Shown: positions 1-8,829 of the stretch, piece by piece
Layout of the letters: each line of letters begins with the position of its first letter
How positions within the stretch are numbered: position 1 is the stretch's first letter
Notes under the pieces: model-generated
Database searches by the model: none
Told to the model about the DNA's origin: nothing
What the model saw: only the letters and a program-made list of their open reading frames with translations
Program-made: the position numbers and the translations under genes
From: a virus
DNA length: 64,000 nucleotides
Reading direction: 5' to 3' (one strand)
IMG/VR virus record: IMGVR_UViG_3300020810_001175
Coordinates: 1-64,000 of that record

Positions 1-2
1 AT

Positions 3-2681
3 ATGAGAAATGCTACAGGCTTAAGAAACTGTACAGTTCAAGGACTATCAGGATCATTGGGATCAGCAAACAGTTATGGTACAAAACGTCCAACAGCAGG
101 TGCGTTTGTGTCATTGGATCCAGGTTATGGTCCAAATGATTACAGCGTATGGATTGCAAATCCAACAGTCGGCACAGCAACTTACACACCAACTGATGCT
201 ACATACGATCCAGCAACAGGTGTTACAGTATTAACAGTCGGCGCACACAACTGTCAACCAGGTGAATCTATCAGATTAACCACTGCAAGTTTAACATTCA
301 CTTGTGATTCAGATGGCAACGTGTCACAAATTGCTTATCCAAGAACAACAGATCCGGCGGCGGGTGCAGAGATCATGATTGATGCAGTCACTCCAACAAC
401 AATCACAATCAATGTTGGTGCAAGTCCAGGAGGACAACAATACGCACACACATTTGTGAGTGCTTTAGCAGATTCTGTACAACAGGAAACTGTGTGTAGA
501 ATTGGTGGTAGATCACCTTATATTCAAAACGTAACAACTTTTGGAACAGGTGCTGTAGGACAAAAAATTGACGGAGACTTACACGCAGGTGGTAATGACT
601 CTATGGTATCGAACGACTTTACACAGGTAATATCAGATGGTATTGGTGCTTGGATTACAAACTTAGGTAGAGCAGAACTTGTATCTGTGTTCTCATACTA
701 CGGACACATTGGATATCTAGCAGAAACAGGTGGAAAAATACGTGCTACAAACGGTAACTCATCTTATGGTGATTTTGGTTGTGTGGCAGAAGGTGTTGAT
801 CCGACGGAAGTTCCAGTTACTGGTACAGTTAACAATAGATCAACTGATGCAGTTGTAACCAGTGTATTCACTGATGGTGAACAAATTCTAGCATTAGAAT
901 ATGGCAACGCAGGTAGAGAATACTCAAACGCTACAATCACTATCACAGGTGATGGTTTCGGATTAAACGGAGTAGCGGCAACTTACAATACAGGTGGTGT
1001 TTACAAAATCAGATTGTTAGAAACTGTTGTAAATCCTACATCGAATTTAGGTGGTGCAGGATATGTTACAACAACAAACTCAGCACAAACAGGAACAACA
1101 ACTCAAATCACATTGGCGGCGGCTGATTCAGCGGCAAGTGGTGTGTATGTGGGTATGGCATTGTTTGTAACTGAAGGTAAAGGTGCTGGACAATATGGTT
1201 ACATTGATACATATTCTTCATCAAGCAAAATTGCTACAATTAAAAAATTCTCAGATGATTCTGCAGGTTGGGACACACTAGGTGGCAAAGCAGTTGAAAC
1301 AACTTTAGATTCAACTACCATCTACGAAATTACTCCAAGAGTTGTAATTGGTGCTCCACAAGGTGATGGTTCTACTGCGGCAAGGCAAGCAGTTGGAAGA
1401 GCAGTTGTTACAGGTGAACAAATTACATCAATTAAAATATTAGATTGTGGTGCTTCTTACACATCAGCACCAACAGTGACATTTGTAGATCCAAACAACA
1501 CAACAGATGCTCCAGTACAAGCATACATTGGCGATGGTGTGTTAGGTCAACCAACATTTGTGGCAAGAGGTCAAGATTATGTAACTGCTTCTGCGGCAAT
1601 CACAGAACAAGGTGTTCAAGCAACAGTATCAGCAATCACTAAAGCATCACCAGTAGTAGTAACAACTTCTGCCGCACACAACTTTAACACTCATGACAAA
1701 GTTAAATTTGATGGCATATTAGGTATGATAGAATTAAACACTGGTGTCTTTTATTATGTTAAAGTTCTAACAGTTGATACTTTTGAGTTATATGCTGATT
1801 ACGATTTAACAACTCCAATTGATTCTACAAACTACACCACATATCTAAGTGGTGGTACAGCAGAAACATTTGGTGGTTTTAGAGATGAATATCAATCAGG
1901 CAAATACATTGCTGTTGAAAATTTAACAGAAATTCCAAGAGCAGGTTCAAACATTGAGTTTGGTCATTTACCAGGACAATACTTTAAATTGGTTGCTGTT
2001 AATCAACAACTTGGAACACAAACTCCATTCACAGCATTGTTACAAGTTTCACCAGACATAAAAGTTTCGGAAGCACCTGATCACGGACAGTCAATTGAAA
2101 TGAGAATAAGATACTCACAAGTACGTTTAACAGGACACGACTTCTTAGATATCGGTACTGGTAACTTTGCAAATACAAACTATCCTGGATTACCATTAGT
2201 AAATCCAATTCCAGCAAATGAAACTGTTGAAGGCGGTGGAGGAAGAGTATTCTTTACATCAACTGACCAAGACGGTAACTTTAGAGTTGGTGACTTGTTC
2301 TCAGTAGAACAAGCAACTGGTATTGCATCATTGAATGCAGATGCATTTAATATTTCAGGACTACAAGAATTGCAGTTGGGTGATCTGGCATTAGGTGGAA
2401 CAAGTGCTTCTATTAATGAATTCTCAACTGATGGTACAATGGCGGCTAATTCGGATGCTATTGTTCCAACACAAAGAGCAATAAGAACTTACATCGCGTC
2501 ACAGATCGGTGGTGGTGCTAGTTCACTCAATGTTAACTTAATTACTGCTGGATTAGTGGTAATTACTGGTAACACAATAAGTACAAGTAACAATGTAGGA
2601 ATCAATTTCCAAAGCGTCACAAACTTCTCAAAAGGAGTTACTGGCGTACCGATTGCGATGAACTACTTAATACATAGTTAA
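3..2681 (+). CDS. Large virion structural protein (tail fibre/baseplate-associated); probably truncated at the window start
   Basis: Thr/Gly/Ser-rich beta-type composition; beta-helix-like segment (SPYIQNVTTFG...SMVSNDFTQV...GRAELVSVFSYY); FCCH-like module (ITKASPVVVTTSAAHNFNTHDKVKF); C-terminal GHDFLDIGTG...GGGRVFFTSTDQDGNFRVG as in T4-like aquatic phage structural proteins. Confidence 0.7.
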   Translation: MRNATGLRNCTVQGLSGSLGSANSYGTKRPTAGAFVSLDPGYGPNDYSVWIANPTVGTATYTPTDATYDPATGVTVLTVGAHNCQPGESIRLTTASLTFTCDSDGNVSQIAYPRTTDPAAGAEIMIDAVTPTTITINVGASPGGQQYAHTFVSALADSVQQETVCRIGGRSPYIQNVTTFGTGAVGQKIDGDLHAGGNDSMVSNDFTQVISDGIGAWITNLGRAELVSVFSYYGHIGYLAETGGKIRATNGNSSYGDFGCVAEGVDPTEVPVTGTVNNRSTDAVVTSVFTDGEQILALEYGNAGREYSNATITITGDGFGLNGVAATYNTGGVYKIRLLETVVNPTSNLGGAGYVTTTNSAQTGTTTQITLAAADSAASGVYVGMALFVTEGKGAGQYGYIDTYSSSSKIATIKKFSDDSAGWDTLGGKAVETTLDSTTIYEITPRVVIGAPQGDGSTAARQAVGRAVVTGEQITSIKILDCGASYTSAPTVTFVDPNNTTDAPVQAYIGDGVLGQPTFVARGQDYVTASAAITEQGVQATVSAITKASPVVVTTSAAHNFNTHDKVKFDGILGMIELNTGVFYYVKVLTVDTFELYADYDLTTPIDSTNYTTYLSGGTAETFGGFRDEYQSGKYIAVENLTEIPRAGSNIEFGHLPGQYFKLVAVNQQLGTQTPFTALLQVSPDIKVSEAPDHGQSIEMRIRYSQVRLTGHDFLDIGTGNFANTNYPGLPLVNPIPANETVEGGGGRVFFTSTDQDGNFRVGDLFSVEQATGIASLNADAFNISGLQELQLGDLALGGTSASINEFSTDGTMAANSDAIVPTQRAIRTYIASQIGGGASSLNVNLITAGLVVITGNTISTSNNVGINFQSVTNFSKGVTGVPIAMNYLIHS

Positions 2682-2694
2682 AGGAGAAGAAACA

Positions 2695-3015
2695 ATGGCT
2701 TCAGGAAGAATAGGAAAAGCAGATCTTTTAGCCGCGACAAATACGACTGTTTATACAACTCCTGTTGATACATTTACTGTGGCAACAGTGTCGTTTTGTA
2801 ACAGAGGTAACCAAGCCGTTACAGTAAGATTAGCGGTGGCAGACGCGGCAACTCCAGATAACTCAGAATATGTTGAATATGAAACAGAAATTTTGAGCCA
2901 TGGAGTTTTAGAAAGAACAGGTTTAGTACTGTCAGCAGGGCAATTATTGGTAGCACGTTCAAGTGGTGCTAACGTAAGTGCTGTTGTTAGCGGTATTGAA
3001 ACAAGTACAGCATAA
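2695..3015 (+). CDS. Small virion structural protein
   Basis: 106-aa ORF with AAGGAG RBS; TNTTVYT...VSFCNRG...VRLAV pattern typical of small fibre-associated proteins. Confidence 0.55.
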   Translation: MASGRIGKADLLAATNTTVYTTPVDTFTVATVSFCNRGNQAVTVRLAVADAATPDNSEYVEYETEILSHGVLERTGLVLSAGQLLVARSSGANVSAVVSGIETSTA

Positions 3016-3030
3016 TTTTAAGGTAAATTA

Positions 3031-3038
3031 TATAAATA
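3031..3038 (+). promoter_or_regulatory. T4-type late promoter (TATAAATA)
   Basis: Exact T4 gp55 late consensus in the intergenic gap before 3063. Confidence 0.7.
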
Positions 3039-3062
3039 GTACTAATAAAGGAAACATAGACA

Positions 3063-3395
3063 ATGGGAAGATACATATCAACAACTGGAACTGCTGGCGT
3101 AGTCACTAAACTAGTGAATACAACTTATCAAGCAGTTGTAAATGATAGAATCCTAGCAGATAGTAGCGTTGCTACTTTCACAATCACGTTGCCTCTAAAT
3201 GCTTCTTTGTTAATCAATGACACAATTCAAATCATTGATGCAACATCGAACTTTGGAACTAACAACGTAACTGTTGCTAGAAACGGTTCACTAATTCAAG
3301 GAGCGGCAGACGACTTAACGCTTGACTTAAATGGTGCAATCATGACTCTAATTTACACTGGTCCGACTTATGGTTGGATAGTTGGTGCGGTATAA
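3063..3395 (+). CDS. Baseplate/fibre connector, T4 gp9/gp10-like small domain
   Basis: ADSS..TFTITLP...DTIQIID...FGTNNVTVARNG..I.G...DLTLD..GA..TLIY....YGW motif. Confidence 0.55.
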   Translation: MGRYISTTGTAGVVTKLVNTTYQAVVNDRILADSSVATFTITLPLNASLLINDTIQIIDATSNFGTNNVTVARNGSLIQGAADDLTLDLNGAIMTLIYTGPTYGWIVGAV

Positions 3396-3437
3396 TATTT
3401 TTTATACAACACTTACAAACTTGGAGAAACGGAGATT

Positions 3438-4400
3438 ATGGCTAGTTTAAAATCACTACTCGGAACAAAATCAGATGCATTCGTATCGGTTGAAGAATCG
3501 AATTTAGAAAAAGGACGTATTTACGTTTATACACCTGGTACTAACTATTCAAGACTATGGTGCGGATTCTGTTTCCATCCTGAAGTATCAGGAACTGCTG
3601 TCGTAGAAATTTGGGGAGCAGGTGGATCAGGCGCAGAGATGTGCTGTTGTGGTTTCGGCTTACCTGGAAACGCAGGTGCTTACGTTAAAAAAACAATTTC
3701 AATGGCTCCAGGAGACTATGTTTGCGGATATATCGGACAATCATGTGGTAACTCAGATGATTTATGTTTTAGAGGTTGTTCAGAAGCAACTCAAGTAAGA
3801 TTTTGTATTTCAAACGCAGAAACTTGTGCGTGTGCAGAAGGTGGAAGAGGAGGAATAACATTCTGTTCTACTAACTCATCATTTTATTGTTGTTACAGAG
3901 CAAATGGTTTCTGTGTAACAAGAACAAACAACGACAACTGCGGAATTATTTGTAACCAATGTAGTGGCGCTTGGTGTGCCAGAGGTTACTGTGGTCAAGA
4001 AAACAAATGTGGAAGAATTTCTTGTGTATCAGCGTTCGGCTGTTACCCATCATGTATTTGTATGTTTAACCACCATATTCCAACTCCAGCAGGAATGGGT
4101 TCTAAAGAAGGAAGAATGATCATCTACACAAACGATGATTTCAACGGAACTCAAAACTGGTCAGGTATGGGACATTATCATCATTTAGCAAACCTAGGTT
4201 CAGGCAGATTCCCAACAGGCGGTGTGCCTTGGGGCAGTTGCTGGGACGGCGGTGTTGCTTGTGGATGTTATCAAAACGATGGCTGTATTCCTCAAATGCC
4301 AATCGGTACAGGTGGAAGAGGACCTAACCCATGTCCAGGTGTTAGAGATCACGCAATCAGAGGTGGACACGGAGGAGTGCGAATCAAATTCGTAAGTTAG
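3438..4400 (+). CDS. Cys-rich, Gly-rich protein, paralogue 1 (putative fibre tip/adhesin)
   Basis: About 31 Cys in 320 aa (hand count); EIWGAGGSG..MCCC..GLPGNAGAYVKKT and C-terminal RGGHGGVRIKF Gly-rich domain frame. Confidence 0.6.
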   Translation: MASLKSLLGTKSDAFVSVEESNLEKGRIYVYTPGTNYSRLWCGFCFHPEVSGTAVVEIWGAGGSGAEMCCCGFGLPGNAGAYVKKTISMAPGDYVCGYIGQSCGNSDDLCFRGCSEATQVRFCISNAETCACAEGGRGGITFCSTNSSFYCCYRANGFCVTRTNNDNCGIICNQCSGAWCARGYCGQENKCGRISCVSAFGCYPSCICMFNHHIPTPAGMGSKEGRMIIYTNDDFNGTQNWSGMGHYHHLANLGSGRFPTGGVPWGSCWDGGVACGCYQNDGCIPQMPIGTGGRGPNPCPGVRDHAIRGGHGGVRIKFVS

Positions 4401-4404
4401 TATT

Positions 4405-5421
4405 ATGGCAAGTTTAACTACATTATTACAATCCAAGTATGATTTTGCAGTAGGCAATGAAACAAACCTTGAAAAAGGTAGAATTTATCAATATTATCCA
4501 GGAACATCACGAGGTACAAACTTTAGATGTCACGTGTGTTTCGTAGCACCATCAGACGGTACAGCCACTATTGAAATTTGGGGAGCGGCAGGTTCAGGTG
4601 CAGAGATGTGCTGTTGCGGTGGAGGAATTCCAGGTAACCCAGGCGGTTATGCACGTAAAACAATTACTATGGCATCAGGCTGTTTCATTTGTGGAGTAGT
4701 AGGTGTGTCATGTGGTAACGGTGATGATTTATGTTTTAGAGGTTGTTCAGAACCAACTCAAGTGTGTTGGTTTGGTAACGGCGGTGGAGACGGATGTATC
4801 TGTGCTCAAGGTGGTATAGGTGGAAGAAGTTGGTGTTCAACTGGTTCTTCAATCTACTGCTGTGCAGTAGCATCAGGTTTCTGTTACACACAAGGTGGTT
4901 CAACTTATTGTGGGATCATTTGTAACTTTATGGATTCAGCAAGTTGTCCACAGTTTTGTGCTTATGCATATGGTGGAGATGTGAACTGTTACGGTGGATT
5001 TAGTTGTCATTACTTTAGAGGATGTCAACCTAACTGTAACTGTAGACAAGTTCCAATTATTAAATTCCCTCCAGGAATGATTTCAACGCTGGGTGGTGAG
5101 GTACATTACACAATGGACTCAGACTCAGGTAGATCTCAATGGTCTGGAATGGGCGGATGGATGAATGCATCTCATGGATTTAACCTAGCAACACGTAACC
5201 CTACAACAGGTGGACCATACACGGCTTGTTGGGAAGGTAACAGAAGTTGCGGTTGTTATGAACAACAAGGATGTAACACTTTCTTTCCAGCAGGAATTCC
5301 AGGACAAGGTCCAACACCATGTGATGGCGTAAGAGATCACGCACACAGAGGTGGATATGGTTTAATTAGAATCAAGTTTGTATCACCAACAGATGAATAT
5401 GAACTGGTGGCGCAACCGTAG
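4405..5421 (+). CDS. Cys-rich, Gly-rich protein, paralogue 2
   Basis: Aligns by eye with 3438: MASL, NLEKGRIY, WGAAGSGAEMCCC, DDLCFRGCSE, CGCY, PCDGVRDH..RGG.G.IRIKFV. Confidence 0.6.
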   Translation: MASLTTLLQSKYDFAVGNETNLEKGRIYQYYPGTSRGTNFRCHVCFVAPSDGTATIEIWGAAGSGAEMCCCGGGIPGNPGGYARKTITMASGCFICGVVGVSCGNGDDLCFRGCSEPTQVCWFGNGGGDGCICAQGGIGGRSWCSTGSSIYCCAVASGFCYTQGGSTYCGIICNFMDSASCPQFCAYAYGGDVNCYGGFSCHYFRGCQPNCNCRQVPIIKFPPGMISTLGGEVHYTMDSDSGRSQWSGMGGWMNASHGFNLATRNPTTGGPYTACWEGNRSCGCYEQQGCNTFFPAGIPGQGPTPCDGVRDHAHRGGYGLIRIKFVSPTDEYELVAQP

Positions 5422-5438
5422 AAGGAGTAAATAGTATT

Positions 5439-6413
5439 ATGGCAAGTTTAAAAGGATTATTAACTACTAGAAACCCAGCAGAGATGATTGAAAACAATCT
5501 CGAAACTGGATATATCTATTCGTACACACCTGGTACTAACTACTCTGTATTTTGTAATGGTATTTGTTGGACGGCTAATCAAGCAGGTACAGCCACTATA
5601 GAAGTTTGGGGTGCGGGTGGTTCAGGTGCTAGAATGTGTTGTTGTGGTGATGGTTTACCAGGCAATGCAGGTGCTTATGTTAAAAAAACTATCACAGTAG
5701 AAGCAGATGACACAATAACTGGTCAAACAGGAAACAGTTGTTATTCTCACGATTTATGTTTTTCAGGATGTTCACAATCCTCAGGAATATGTTACATCAC
5801 AGCCAACAACGGTAATGGATGTGTATGTTCAAGAGGTGGATTTGGTGGGAAATCTATGTGTACAACAGGATCTTCTTTATTCTGTTGTTACAGAGCTCAA
5901 GGTTTCTGTTACACAAAATGTAACAATGACAACTGCGGATTAGTATGTAACGTTTGTAACGGACACTGGTGTGCATTAGCATACGGTGGAGATACAAATA
6001 AAAACTGTTGCGGACAATTTTCATGTGCTAGTTTCTTTGGATGCTGTCCACATTGTAAATGTCGGTTCCAACAACACGTGGCTATGCCAGCAGGACTATT
6101 TGCTGAAGAAGGAGCATTAATCACTTTCCAAAAAGAATCTGATGGAACTCCAATGTCACAATGGTCAGGTAACCAATTATTTCAATGGTATGCGGCACTT
6201 AACTTGGCAACTAAAACACCAAGACAAGGTAACCCAGATGCACACTGTTGGAGATCAACAAGATCTTGCGGATGTTATGAGATGCAAGGTTGTAACAACT
6301 ATCTGCCTGTAGGAGCAGGAGGTTTATCTCCTAACCCATGTCCAGATGTTAGAGATCATGGAATTAGAGGTGGATTTGGTGGAATAAGAATCAAGTTTGT
6401 TCCGTCAAGTTAA
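5439..6413 (+). CDS. Cys-rich, Gly-rich protein, paralogue 3
   Basis: Same motif order (MASL, NLETG, WGAGGSGARMCCC, CGCY, PCPDVRDHGIRGGFGGIRIKFV); TAAATA at 5428-5433. Confidence 0.6.
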   Translation: MASLKGLLTTRNPAEMIENNLETGYIYSYTPGTNYSVFCNGICWTANQAGTATIEVWGAGGSGARMCCCGDGLPGNAGAYVKKTITVEADDTITGQTGNSCYSHDLCFSGCSQSSGICYITANNGNGCVCSRGGFGGKSMCTTGSSLFCCYRAQGFCYTKCNNDNCGLVCNVCNGHWCALAYGGDTNKNCCGQFSCASFFGCCPHCKCRFQQHVAMPAGLFAEEGALITFQKESDGTPMSQWSGNQLFQWYAALNLATKTPRQGNPDAHCWRSTRSCGCYEMQGCNNYLPVGAGGLSPNPCPDVRDHGIRGGFGGIRIKFVPSS

Positions 6414-6452
6414 TAAGGATTAGATAAATAAAAGTATAAGAGGATATAAAAA

Positions 6453-7109
6453 ATGGCAATTACAAAAGCATTTACAATAGCAATTCCAGATCAACCATAC
6501 GTTGATGATTTCAGCGGTGGTACAACTCAAGCCGCAACTTATAACGGCCCTAAATTTATTAAGTTTCAGTACCACAAAGACACAGGTGTTATTTCAAGTG
6601 TTATTGGAGATGGAGACACAGAAGATTTAATGAGCCAAAATGAATTGCCTTGTATGGAAGATCATTTGTCAGGATATATCAATGCTGAGGAAAATACTTT
6701 AGAAGCGGCTCTTATCACAAGATCATACGATGCAGGCGAAGTTCCTAATTACACAGAAGATTTAGGTACAACTGATGCTGACGGTAATGCAGAAACGTGG
6801 GAACACGAATGGAACGATGGTACTGGTTTACTTTCTCAAATCTACAAACTAGATACAATCAAATATCAAAGCAATGCAGTGGTTATGCCAGAATTTAGAA
6901 CACATGGATTAAGTAGAGAAGCGTTCATGGAAGGTGTAACAGGACAAATAGCAGGTTGTGATACTGAGTTAGCAAAAAGTGATGAGTACACAGATGAAGA
7001 AATTGCTTCAATCACAGCATACAAAACTTTTTTAGAATCAGTTTCTACAAAGTATGCTGACGTTGACCATTGGAAAATTAAATTTCCACAATCACCAAAC
7101 TTTAAGTAA
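6453..7109 (+). CDS. Putative tail fibre assembly/chaperone-like protein, paralogue 1
   Basis: Acidic; helical C-terminus ending HWKIKFPQSP, resembling the Tfa-type W..P..P end; directly follows the Cys-rich genes. Confidence 0.4.
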   Translation: MAITKAFTIAIPDQPYVDDFSGGTTQAATYNGPKFIKFQYHKDTGVISSVIGDGDTEDLMSQNELPCMEDHLSGYINAEENTLEAALITRSYDAGEVPNYTEDLGTTDADGNAETWEHEWNDGTGLLSQIYKLDTIKYQSNAVVMPEFRTHGLSREAFMEGVTGQIAGCDTELAKSDEYTDEEIASITAYKTFLESVSTKYADVDHWKIKFPQSPNFK

Positions 7110-7156
7110 TCAATTTTAAATCTGTTCTTTAGTTAAACAATTAAATAAGTTTAATT

Positions 7157-7825
7157 ATGAGCAACAGAGAAATATTCAATAGGTATCCATTCGATATGGA
7201 AATACCTGACCAACCTTATATCGACAACTTCAGCAAAGGATTAACACACCCTGCCATATACACGGGGGTAAGATTTTTAAAATTTAGAATTGAAAATGGT
7301 ACAGGACTTCTTAAAGAAGAAGTTGCTAATGGACATACTTTGGAAGAAATGAATTCAGTAATTGTTTACCCAGAAGAAAATCACGAAATTCATATCATAG
7401 ATGCCAAATTAAATCCTTGGGAAGCGGCATATTTGACCAATGCATATTCGCATGATCCCGTTCCTGTATATGAAGAAGATTTAGGCACTGTGGACAGTGA
7501 AGGTAATCCAGAAATTTGGAATTATAATTGGGGGCACGTACTTAATCAAATTTATTACAGTCATGAGTTAAGATATGTAAACGGTGAATATGTGAAACCG
7601 CCATTTAGATTACATCAACACACTCAAGAAGCATTCATAAAAAGTTTACTCGATCATCAAGAAATGGTTGAACGAGAGTTAAGTAGACCAGAAGGTGTTT
7701 ATACAGTTGACCAAAAAGCAAATTTACAAAAATATAAAGAAGACTTAGATGTTATTGAAACCAAGTATGTTGGAATACATCACTGGAAAATACCTTTTCC
7801 GGCATTACCATTAATCAAACCTTAA
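7157..7825 (+). CDS. Putative tail fibre assembly/chaperone-like protein, paralogue 2
   Basis: Shares IPDQPY.D.FS.G, EAA, Y.EDLGT.D..GN.E.W, L.QIY, FR.H and HWKI.FP with 6453. Confidence 0.4.
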   Translation: MSNREIFNRYPFDMEIPDQPYIDNFSKGLTHPAIYTGVRFLKFRIENGTGLLKEEVANGHTLEEMNSVIVYPEENHEIHIIDAKLNPWEAAYLTNAYSHDPVPVYEEDLGTVDSEGNPEIWNYNWGHVLNQIYYSHELRYVNGEYVKPPFRLHQHTQEAFIKSLLDHQEMVERELSRPEGVYTVDQKANLQKYKEDLDVIETKYVGIHHWKIPFPALPLIKP

Positions 7826-7873
7826 TCAATATTATAAACCTATCAACACTTCAATCTATAAGTAATCATATAC

Positions 7874-8827
7874 ATGAATACACAAACAAAAAGACCTAAG
7901 GCTTTTTTCTTAAATGGTGGTATGGGAAGAATAATTTCGGCCATTCCTGCTTTAGAAAAATATCAACAAGAATCGGGCGATGATAATTTTATAGTTGTGA
8001 TAGAAGGTATCTGTGATATTTTAAAAGGACATCCAACGTTAGATACAAAAACGTATGATATGTACCACAAGAATTTATTTCATACAAAACTGGTAAACAT
8101 GGATATTGTTAGTCCTGAACCTTATAGAGTTAATGATTATTTTAATCAAAAATGCAACATAGCCCAAGCATTTGATATTTTAATAAACAACAAAGGTATA
8201 AGAGATCTTCCAAAATCGACCTTAGTATTAAGCAAAGAAGAATTAATTGCTGGAAAAAAAGTAGTAGATGAAGTGAAAGAAAAATTAAAAAAAGAAAAAG
8301 TAGTTATTATACAGCCATTCGGTAGAGCAATAGAACAAATAGATGGATCATTTGTTGATAAGTCTAATAGAAGTTTAGAATTTTTTAATTTAAAAAATAT
8401 TATTAAAAAATTACAAGAAAAAGATTGGGCAGTAATTTTAATGAGCGAATTTGGAATAGATTTTAAAGATGCAGGATTTAAAGATGAAGTTGCTATGCCA
8501 GAAAAAGTAGAATTAAGACAGTGGGCGGCAATTATAAAATATGCTGATCATTTTTTAGGATGTGACTCATTGGGTCAACATCTTGCTTACAGTTTAGATA
8601 CACCAGCAAGTGTTGTGTTTGGTGCTACATATCCTGCAAATACATCATATCCACAATCAGAAAAATTTAATATTATTGATTTAGGACAAATGGACCGAGA
8701 ATATGATCCTATTAGAATCACATTCGATGAAAGAATAAGCAGAAAAAATGAAAGAATAATGTCAATGACTCCTGAAATAGAAGACTATGTAGTGGCGGCT
8801 GTTAATGGAGATCCAATAGAGGAATAA
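7874..8827 (+). CDS. GT-B glycosyltransferase, GT9/heptosyltransferase-like
   Basis: NGGMGRIISAIPA N-terminus; IIQPFG; LRQWAAIIKYADHFLGCDSLGQHLA (GT9 GxDSxxxHLA-like). Confidence 0.65.
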   Translation: MNTQTKRPKAFFLNGGMGRIISAIPALEKYQQESGDDNFIVVIEGICDILKGHPTLDTKTYDMYHKNLFHTKLVNMDIVSPEPYRVNDYFNQKCNIAQAFDILINNKGIRDLPKSTLVLSKEELIAGKKVVDEVKEKLKKEKVVIIQPFGRAIEQIDGSFVDKSNRSLEFFNLKNIIKKLQEKDWAVILMSEFGIDFKDAGFKDEVAMPEKVELRQWAAIIKYADHFLGCDSLGQHLAYSLDTPASVVFGATYPANTSYPQSEKFNIIDLGQMDREYDPIRITFDERISRKNERIMSMTPEIEDYVVAAVNGDPIEE

Positions 8828-8829
8828 CA

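Noticed and set aside
3438-6413. Diversity-generating retroelement (TR/VR) among the Cys-rich paralogues
   Set aside because: No reverse transcriptase in the window, and the paralogues differ at all base types rather than only at adenines.
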